Assembly: GCA_051294905.1 (NCBI GenBank)
Contig: CM119372.1
Span: forward strand, 6,696,001-6,760,000
DNA: 64,000 nucleotides
Direction: 5' to 3'
From: Botryllus schlosseri
Taxonomy: Eukaryota
Both the position numbers and the translations under genes were made by a program. The first letter of the stretch is position 1; every line of letters starts with the position of its first letter. A model generated the notes under the pieces. That model saw only the letters and a list, made by a program, of their open reading frames with translations. It was not told where the DNA came from and searched no databases. Positions 36,568 to 47,200 of this stretch are shown here, one piece after another.

Positions 36568-37836
36568 AGATAATACACATTTGAATTTATTTTTACGTAC
36601 CACGCCATCAATAACGGTTCACATGAAGGGGCATTGGCGCTCTGAACTTGTTGTAATCCGTTGATCTGCACCTCTGACATGAATAGATACATACCTATTA
36701 CGAACTTTTGAAAAATTATATTGACCTTCTTTGTGACACTCCTCATTTTGCTTCTGCCGCACCGAGCTTACAAGACGAATTGACTTATGCAGTGTAATAG
36801 GTGATGGTATGTTTATTTGGTCCCTAACCCTAAAATGATTGGAAATCCTCAAAAACTACTAAATATTGGCGAAATTGATCATCACTTTATTCAAATCGAT
36901 CTTCATGTGCTGGAAGACAGTGGTTCTAACCTTCGGGTGACCTGGGCGCAACAATTCGAATAGGTCTACTCAATCAAGTATCAATTATAATGAGTGGAGC
37001 AGAAACAGTGTCTTTCGAATACCGAATTTGCATGCTCTTGTGGAGCCTACAAATGCTTAGCGATCGTAGGTCCCGGCTTTTTTGCCAATGAGAAATCTAG
37101 TTTGGATACGTTCTCGCCACCGTGCGAGCCTAGAAGCCTCCATCCGTCGTGTTACATCACAGATGATCTCGAAGAGCAATGAAATGATCATGATCAGGGA
37201 GCACAAGACTAGTTTTGATTACCGGGATTATTTTCCTTGTTGCCTCAATAGGTTCAGGGTTCATACCACAACTTTTGCAGTCATTCGCACTGATAAAACG
37301 TCATAAGAGGTATAGTCGAATGCTCGACCAAACGCCAATAATACTCGCCTCAGAAACGAATCAAGTACTAGGATTTACCCAGGTAATAGGTCACTAGATA
37401 ATTCATCTAGGCTAGACTAGGCGTTTACGAGCCGTAGCTTGCCACGTCTGGCGTAGATGCCGCCGGTGACTTGATTACACGCGTTTTCGGATTTTGCGAG
37501 GCAGCATGTTCCATATTCGGGATGTTAAATGTTCAACCCGTTCAAAACTGTAAACCGGTACGATTGGGTATTGTGTATTCGTATGCCTACTCCACTTGTG
37601 GATAGTCAGCATTGAATAGGTAATCAGCAACAGATATCGTATTGGAGGTCCACTAAGAAACTCACAACACCGCTGACACGTGTTCTGAGCATGACTCTGA
37701 GACTGACCGCAGAGAGTACAAACACCAAAGTCAACACCGCAAGCGGGATAAGATTCTTAACATACCGGATATCCAACACTTGACTGCGGACTGTCTTAAT
37801 ATGTCTACCGAAGCGAAATTTTGCAAATGAGAAAAA

Positions 37837-37842
37837 TTTATT
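37837..37842 (-). promoter_or_regulatory. Candidate AATAAA polyadenylation signal of the mucin gene
   Basis: AATAAA on the minus strand ~410 nt downstream of the mucin stop codon; position only. Confidence 0.35.
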
Positions 37843-38249
37843 CCGCTACCTTATATGGAATCTAACATTTAGGTACATTCGTATAATTAACGAAAGCGCC
37901 TAGGCGCCATAAATTCTACATATCGTAACACATTGATCATTAAGCCGTGATTGCACTGTTCCCGGTCTTCGACGAGATACAATTCAAGGATCGATACCTT
38001 ACACGAAAAGAGAAAGAAATTAGTCGTTACTTTGTACAAACGATGTGCAAATGAATAATATACGAAAGGAACTTGTGTGTACGGAGTACCTGTATAAGAT
38101 ATGGCGCTTAACCGTCACGATGCTACTGGGTTCGACAGGATTCAACGAGTAAGGATACGCGAGCGAGCAAAACTGGACGAAGAAACGAAACGTCACATCA
38201 ATCCACGACCTACTGATTTTCTTTTAAATACAAAGCACTTGGAAATTGC

Positions 38250-41200
38250 CTACGCGCTATTGATTAAGTCTATAATTTCCCGTGGCAGCTCCTCTTCAAA
38301 GTCACGTTTGGACTTGGGCGACTTCTCTGATTTAGGCGACTTTTTTGACTTGGGCGATTTTTTTGATTTGGGTGACTTCTCTGATTTAGGCGTCTTTTTT
38401 GACTTGGACGATTTTTTTGATTTGGGCGACTTTTTAGATTTGGGAGATTTCACAGACGTGGAGGTTTTGGCGGACAGGCGTTTTTCCAACTCCTCCTCGA
38501 GCTCGTGTTCGATTTCAGACTGAAACGCAATATTCTGGTTACGGGAATACGTACGAAATAAGAACTTAAAAAATACTGACCTCGCCGACCTGCTGCATTG
38601 CCTGTTGTATCTGTTCTTGATGCTGTCCGTGAAAGTCTGTGTTTCCCTTCGACAGAGAATTTAGAAGGTTTTCGATTTCACTGTTTCCCCACGAATTCAT
38701 GCTGTTCTGAATGGCAGATTCGAACTGGCCCTGTGCTTGAATTTGACCCTGCTGCTGATGCTGCGAGTGCTGGGTGTTGCTTTGATGTTGAATTTGGACT
38801 TGATGCTGTTGCTGGCTTTGTCCACCGGATTGCTGGCCTTGGTGTTGGGTTTGGATTTGGCCTTGCGATTGACCCTGTTGTTGACCTTGCCCTTGCGATC
38901 CCTGGCTTTGATGCTGGATTTGGATCTGTCCTTGCGATTGACCCTGTTGTTGCTGGTTTTGCTGCTGGATTTGGATCTGGCCTTGCGTTTGACCCTGTTG
39001 TTGGCCTTGCCCCTGGGATCCCTGGCTTTGGTGTTGGATTTGGATCTGATGCTGGCCTTGCCCGGAATCGGGAAACGATGCAGAGCCGCCGTTCTCTTCA
39101 ATACCGCCAATGATCGACTGTACGTGCGAGGTAATGTCATCAACTTCTTGCCCCTGGCTCTGACCTTGTTGCTGGCTCTGTCCGCCATCACTACCGCCTT
39201 GAGATTGGTGCTGGTGCTGCCACTGCCACTGGCCTTGTCCTCCTTCACCGCCCTCGCTCGTTGGAGGGATAGTGACTATAGCATCGTCGCAACAATACAC
39301 TCGGATTTCATAATCGCTGCATACCGGGTGGTAAGGTTGTTGGTGTCCGTAGCACTCCAAGCCGACTGCTTTGTCACACGTTACTTTCTGCCATTGCTGG
39401 GCTTCTTCGAAAGTTTCTGTATCGCCCGCCGGTCTGCATTGGATATCTTCCGGTTTTTCGCAGAATTCGTAATCGTGCGATTTCAGCCTGTCGAAGGTCT
39501 CCACGTCGTCCATAATGGGAAGTTTGGGAGTACCGGAGTTCATCCAGTCGGTCCAGTAGCACGTTGGCTCTTGTTTCGGGGGTGTCGTGGGCGGAGCGGT
39601 GATCTCTTTTTCTGTCGTTGTCTTCAGAGCCTCCGTCGTGGTCGTTGATTTCGGCGTGGTCGACTTCGGTGTGGTAGTCGTTGGCGTGGTCGTCGTGGCC
39701 GGTGTCGATTTTTGCGTTGTTTTCGCGGTAGTGGTAGTTGCTTTCGTGGTTGTAGTGGCCTCTGTTTCTTCAACAGTGGTTGTGGTAGGCTCAGGGGTCG
39801 TGGTTGTAGTTGTTGTAGTAGTGGTGGTTGTTGTTGTCGGCTCGGGTGTGGTAGGCTCTGGGGTTGTTGTAGTAGTGGTGGTAGCAGTTGTGGGTTCTGG
39901 AGTAGTGGTAGTTGTCGTTGGTACGGCAGTGGTTGTAGTTGGCTCGGGTGTCGTTGTGGTGGTGGTGGTGGTGGTAGTAGTAGTTGGTTCTGGTGTGGTT
40001 GTGGTCGTAGTTGGTTCAGGTGTGGTGGTGGTCGTAGTTGGCTCAGGTGTCGTTGTTGTGGTGGTCGTGGTAGTAGTAGTTGGTTCTGGTGTGGTTGTGG
40101 TCGTAGTTGGCTCGGGTGTAGTTGTTGTTGTAGTAGTGGTGGTTAGCTCCCGAGTGGTGGTTAGCTCCTGAGTGGTGGTAGTTGTCGGTTCGGGAGTAGT
40201 TGTCGTTGTAGTAGTAGTGGTGGTTGGTTCTGGAGTGGTAGTGGTTGTAGTCGGTTCGGGTGTAGTTGTCGTAGTAGTGGTGGTGGTTGGTTCAGGGGTG
40301 GTGGTAGTTGGTTCCGGTGTGGTGGTGGTAGTTGTTGTGGTTGGCTCCGGGGTTGTGGTCGTAGTGGTGGTTGTCGTCGGTTCTGGGGTTGTCGCTGGGG
40401 TAGTTGTAAGCTCAGGCGTTGTCGTCGTAGTGGTGGTGGTAGGTTCCAGAGTCGTGGTGGTGGTGGTGGTCGTGGTAGTAGTAGCCGAAGTTGTCTTCGC
40501 AAGAGTTGTTGTAGTTGTTGTGGCTTCTTCCTGTGGCTCATCTCCAGACGGTTCACCGGATCCGGATTCTTCTCCGGATCCAGAAGGTTCACCAGATCCC
40601 GATTCTTCCCCAGACCCGGAAGGTTCACCGGATCCAGATTCTTCTCCAGACCCTGACGGTTCGCCAGACCCGGAATCTTCAGGTTCTTCAGTGGTAGTCG
40701 TTGGCGCCGTAGTAGCCGGCGGTAACGTAGACTCGGGAGTGGTTTCACATTCACAGGACGCGCTGCAGGAGCAGCTATCCACGTACGAATATTCGTATTC
40801 GATCGTGGATCCATCCTCGCATACCATGTCAATCATAGCCGTCGAGTGCGTCGCTGGTTTGCAGCAAGAGCACGAGTCCTTGAATCCAACCGCTGACCAC
40901 AGAGATCCGCTTCTGCAAAATCCGTCACAGTACGAGATCGGTTGCTTTTCAACCGAGACGCATCCCTCCACCTTGACGGACTGCATGTGCGACGAAATAT
41001 GTCGGGAGCACTCGAAGCACGAGTCGATCTGGCATTTACTGCAGCAACCGTCTTCCGTCGCGGTCAAATATCCGCCTTTAGACTTACATGCGGACTCGTC
41101 CACAGGCGGACAAGGCCTCCTAGTGCATTTGAGAACGTGAAATCCGGTCTCTTCGCTGACTTGCTGTCCGCAGACGCAACTGGTACATTGGTCCGGGTGA

Positions 41201-44200
41201 GATATCGCTCCGGGGTGCATCGGAAGCCCAGCTTCACAGCACACGTCCAAGGCGACGCAGCGGTATTTTTCACAGCAATCTTCGGTGTAAGACTCGAGTT
41301 TGTAACACGACGGGCATTTCGGGATATCTTCGCGAGGACACTTGTAGTCCATTGTGTCAATTGTCACGCCGTCCAAGTTAACCACGCAGGCGTAGGCGGA
41401 ACACGTATCAACGTCTTGCCACGAGCTGCCGATCTAAAAGAGGAATAAGAAATCAGTAAACGCATTCAATTGATTCCATAGTGAGACGGTCATACCTCTT
41501 CGCAGCCGTCGTCTACCGCACATCCCACCGGTATACATCCACCGCAGCACTGTCCCTTCGGCACAACGTATTCGTGGCACGGCGGGCATGTCGTGTCGCA
41601 CTGTTGAGTTGTGCATGAGTATCCAAAGCACTGGCTGACGTCGTCTCTGCTTTGGTCGTGGCATTGGCATTCGGTGCAGACATCGGTACGCCATGATTCT
41701 CCGACCTGCGCAAATCGTAAATGAATTGGACCAATCCCGATAACTTTTGCAATATACGGAAGTAATCGTGATCGGATTCCTAACGAGAGCACACGCAAAA
41801 AAAAACATATAACTGATACGCTTCACCGTATATTCTATGCATAATAAAATGGGGTGTCGTCAGCTATACGATATGTATGACTTCACATGTAAATTAGTCT
41901 TCGCCTAGTTGGAAGAACTTCATTGTTACATGACATCTCCTTACTCCATGATAAAACTGAAAACACCAGCAACTTTTCCAAATTTCCATTTAATTTGTAG
42001 TATTATCTGCTACGATGACATAGACATGACGTCTGACCAAGACCCCGTAACGTTTGTACCGTCGAAACCTTTTAGATAATACGAACTATTCGTGGGAAAA
42101 TTTACTTGGTGGGTTACAAGAAGAATTGAATACAGGTCTGGCATTATACTGATAGCTACTACAAAAATTGGATTGCGGATTTCACTCATTATCATTGCAT
42201 TTTGTCACCACGTCTGATATCATTCATAAAATCGAATTTCTGATGTGTCATAAAATCAGAACATCATAAAAGTACAAGGGTTTGAACTAAGATATACTCA
42301 CGGGGAAGACAGTGCCGTTGTAATGGCAAACGTCCATCGGTATGCAAGTGACATGCCTGCAGTCGCACGCGTCGAATTTGATGTCCATCTTCTCACACGG
42401 CGAGCACGAAACGACAGTCTCATCGCATTTGTTACATTCTAAACATCGCAACATGTTCGCAACGGTGCTGCACGATATAATATATTTAAAATTGGTTCTT
42501 ACCGCATCTGTGGCTGGGGCAGCATCCCGAATGGTCAGTCACGAGATGGTGGATATCGTCACATACCGGTGCGTCGTCGCAAGGATTTTTGTCAGGGAGA
42601 CATTCGCAATGGTAACTCGGCACGCATTCGTGCGGGTTGGTCAAAACCGGGGCGTGACCTTTGCCGCAAGACGGTATCGGTACGACCGGACAGCTGTCGC
42701 TACCCTTTCCGAGCTCGTAATCACAAACTGTAAAAGGTCAAATTTCAAGTTTTCCAGAGCACTAAGAATCGCGTTTTATTTTTATAGATAACTAAACCTC
42801 CGATATATACGAAACAAATGACCGCACGGATGGTTAATCACAGACGGCTAGCAATTTCTCGTAACTACGTAGATTCCGACCCGAACGTAAATTTATTTAA
42901 AATGGTCCTGAACGAAAGCATTAATTCCGAAAATGCACACTATAAACTTGGTCAGGGCGCTGCAACTACCCAAAGATTGTCCTTAAAAGGCGAAAATCGG
43001 TATTATTCCGAACGACCAGAGTGCTGAAATAATGCAGATTACTAACTCTATCTGATGGTCACCTAACAGGCATATACAAACTATATTTTAAGTAAGCTAA
43101 CAGATATTGGAGATATAATCGGCATTTAAAAGCAACGTGGCTTCGAGTTTGAAAGGGGAAGAGTTTCGACCCAAAAACCCATCGCTGGCTACACTGCTGT
43201 TAATGGTGCTGACTCTGAGATAGCAATGGCTACACTGGTATCACGATTCACGTTAAACGACTACACGCGTTTTCTAGCTGTTCGGGAAGTAATTTTCTTT
43301 AAATGTGAAAGTAACAACTGACGTTTAAATCCGCAACTTGAGGTAGCACCTAGAGTTGACCGTCAACCAACCAGCTTGGTACTAGTTTGTACAAGTTTGT
43401 TGCCCGTGCAGTCATAAGTGCGCATCAATCCTTAGGTTAGTAATCTAAAGTCTATTCAACATACCGCATTCATACTCCGGACAGCACGGGTCTGACTTCG
43501 GGTCTCTGGTAACCACGTGACACGGCCCGCATGAAGGCACCACGCCGGAACCGGAACAGGTCTTCGGATTGCATTTGATCTCCAGCGACGCGGTACACGA
43601 GCAAACCTCACAGTCAGACATCCAAAATTCTCCGACCTGTCACCAAGTCGTAAAATAAAACCACTGGTTTAGTTTATGTCCGGATCCGGATAGGACAGCT
43701 CAGTCTTTGTTTGCGTTATATACAGAGAGGGTCGGTAACGAAACACTTCTACTTTTTCGGTGTACTCAAGTACGTTCTGCCTACTAGCACTATACTTACT
43801 TAATGGAGTGTGTTTGTAGTTTACTTTCGCTTCATACTTACCTAGTAATTGCTTTTTAGCTTTTGTAAAATAGAAAATAGTTTCGGGGTACATCTGTAAC
43901 ACTTTTACGAACGAAACTATCATGCCAACTGGGACAAAAGATTTCCAGTACCCCGATAACTGAATTTATTCTCGAAAATAGCGCCTATTTGTCTTCATTC
44001 GTTCATTTTCTACTTCTATTTGAAATAGCTTTAATATGTATCGAAAATAGTTATTTGTACTTAAGTTGGAATTTTCTTCGAGCACCGTTGGTTAAAAATG
44101 TGAGCTTTATCTCAACAGCGGTGTCCTAACCGGGAAATCAATAATCATGTATCGGTTATCAGTACACACTAAATTGAAGGCGAGCAGTTAGACACCACAT

Positions 44201-47200
44201 TTCATGTGTTAGCCAATATTATGTGTTAGAATGTACAATGTGGTATCTAACTAAACGTCTAGAAATCATAGTTAAATGACCAATTGTGCATTTTACAACA
44301 CAATATTGGCGAACAAAGAAAATATGTTGAAATGTGGTGTCCAACTGCACACCTTGAATTTGAAGTGTAGTTTCCAATTCTTCATTTATCTGAAATTCCA
44401 CTGTTACTGACCTAGTTTTGTAATTGCCATTCCCAATTTATACTGAGGTTTCAGTTAGTTAAAGCCCACAAAACGGCAGTCTCGTCAATACGGAGTACGA
44501 CAATATGTCGGAGAATTGCTTGGGTGTATATGTACCTGATGCGAAGTGCCGTCTTCCTTGATGCATTGGTCGTCGCATTTGTCGCAGCAGCCGTCTTCGG
44601 TTTTCACGATGACTCCGGTGCAGAGGCTGTGGTCGAATTCCGGGCATTTTTTGTGGTGACATTGAACGATGTGGAATCCGGACGTGGCGTTCAGGGCTTC
44701 GGTGCAAGAGCAGGTGTTGCAGTTGTCCGGGTACCACTCCTCATTAGGCTGAAGCAGTACGAAGAGACATTATTGTCGAGCATGTGTAGTATAGTTTCAG
44801 CCAACCGAAGTTGTGATGCAATGAAATTAATCGGCTGGACCGCTCAGTTTCTGTGGCAACGAAGATATTCAGAAAAGACTGGTAGCTTACTCTAGTAATA
44901 GATCCTTTAGTTTTTATATTTTCGACATATCACCTAACGCAGCTTCAACTTTGGTAATTTACTTCACGGATTTGTAAAGCGATTTCAGGATAGTGATAAA
45001 CTACAGGACCGGGCGAATATCTAAATCATTAGCCTACACGAATCACAATTATTTACACACGAAGAATTTACCTGCTTCACAGTTGTGCCGTCGGGGCTGC
45101 AGCAAACGTCGGACTTCACGCATTCGGCCACTTGGCAGCAATCCTTTACCGACATTTTGAGTTCGTAACACGGCCCGCAGGTTGGCGTGATCATCGGTTC
45201 GCACGCGATCGGTTTTCCCATCACCACAGGCTCGCCTTCTTTATCAACCATACAAATATACTGCTCGCACGTACCCTGGTCTTCCCATTCGTGTCCGACC
45301 TGCGCGCGAAACGTATTCAATTGGATTTGCGAGCACGCATTAAAGGGGCACTGTGCTCTAAATATGATGTGGTCTCTAATTACAGATAAATGTGTTTTTA
45401 CTCGGAAAGTCACCGTCTTCAAACTCCAGGTAAAATATTTTGACCGTTACTTTCCACTGTAGCTTATCTCTGCGTCTTGGGTTTTTAACCCATGCGTGCA
45501 GTAAGCCTACGTACCATGTGGCTCGTAAGACACAGTTCCTTTCTAGTATCGACATGAAACTATCTAAAATTCCCTGCACGTCATTGCGTCATTCATTTTC
45601 ATCACAAATCGTTTCATGTTATCCTTATTTATTTTCCATGGGTGTATAGTGTAATGTACTTGAACGCCGTACTTTACAGTGTACAAGCCTTTTCTTTATA
45701 TCCCCTAGGTCCGGGTGCGGATCTGATTTCAAAGACTACTCCAAGTCGTTTCGACACCTTTCTATCTTTTCATTGTATCGCAGTCTTGTAGTGTTTTGAA
45801 ATGATGAAAATTATGAGAAACTGATACTGATACTGTCCGAAATTTCTCCAAGTGTTAAGAAGCGATGACGCGTGACCTAGGTACCACAGAGATAAACTAA
45901 AGTGGAAAGTAACAATCTTAGAAATGTTTACCTATACAGTTTGGATATGGTGACTTTCTGAGATAAATTGTTGCCACTAAAACGTACCACACTTTTATCA
46001 TTGGTTTGAGACCACATCAGATATAGAACTTCGTGTCCTTTCAAGATATAGGCTACTCACGTCGACGCATTGCTTGTTGGTGTGGACGTCCTCGATCACG
46101 CACGCAGTCTGCACGCAAGTGCCGCAACACTGGCCGGGTTCCGTGATGTACGTGTGACAAGGCGGGCAATGCGTGCCGCACGACAAACGGAAGCATTGAG
46201 CGCCGAAACATCCGCGCTCGTTTGGCTCTGTCTCACCGCAAGTGCATTCCTGACACGGATCGGGCCAGTATTTATCGCCAGGCTGAAAAACGTTCAAGTT
46301 ATCGACCGTGCTCAAAACGTGTTGTTGATGTTCTCACGTAGTAATTGGTTCCGTTATAGTGGCAGACGCCTTTCGGCCGGCAGGTACTGTGGTAGCATCC
46401 GCACGCGTCGGTGTTGACGATCTTGTCCTCGCACTCGTGACAAAACAAATTGTCATCATGGCAGTGCTTGCAAACTTGAAAACAAAATAGAAAATAAGAA
46501 TCCGGGTGTAGTGATATAGGAGAGAGGGGTGCGAAGGATGCGGCTGTATCCCCAGATGTTTTGAAATGTTGTCTCGGATTGATTATTTGAGTTTCGTAAT
46601 AGTTTTAAAATATTGTTTTGCACCTATTCCTCAGTATTTTAAAATTATAACAACAGTTACAAGAAACTACTATACAGTATATATAGGAAGTATAGTACAG
46701 GAAACTACTATACAGTCAACAGGAAGTATATATTTACAGTAATCGGTGTGTGCACAGTCAATTTGCGGGAATAGGGTAATTCCATGTCAGACCAACTCGC
46801 ACGAAAATAGATTTGTGCTCCTTTATGATCGTCGAGTTTTCGCATGGTAAGTAAATTTGATTTGGTCTGTAGCTGACCTCTCTGACCTTAGAATGTTGTT
46901 CTTCACAGAAATAAATCATATTATATAGTGAATCAGTTGGTCCCATCTAGGCGAATAGTTGATCAAGTGATAACTCTTGGTTGGGTATAGGCCAGTCAAA
47001 GTAGGATGGTCATGATTGGTTGTCATTTTGTCGTCTTTCTTTCACTCAGGTGTCATATTTGTAATCGTAATTTTAGTTTTTATACTTTTTGAGTTCGTAC
47101 ACGTGTATAAAATGCTTCCAAACTGAATACTCACATAGTGAGTCGACACTATTAAGTGTGTTATAATCGCAGCTTCACTTATACCTCATGATCTATTTTT

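Noticed and set aside
37179-37200. ATG AAA TGA TCA TGA upstream of the hydrophobic frame as TGA recoding (Trp/Sec)
   Set aside because: All neighbouring genes use the standard code and no SECIS-like evidence was seen.
38101-39648. + strand ORFs with DLGDFF repeats and Leu-rich text
   Set aside because: They are antisense shadows of the KSPKSK and Gln-rich coding repeats.
39587-41140. Long Val/Gly-rich ORFs on the + strand (194 aa and 322 aa)
   Set aside because: They are antisense shadows of the Thr-rich PTS codons (ACN reads as Val on the other strand) and show no independent gene signals.
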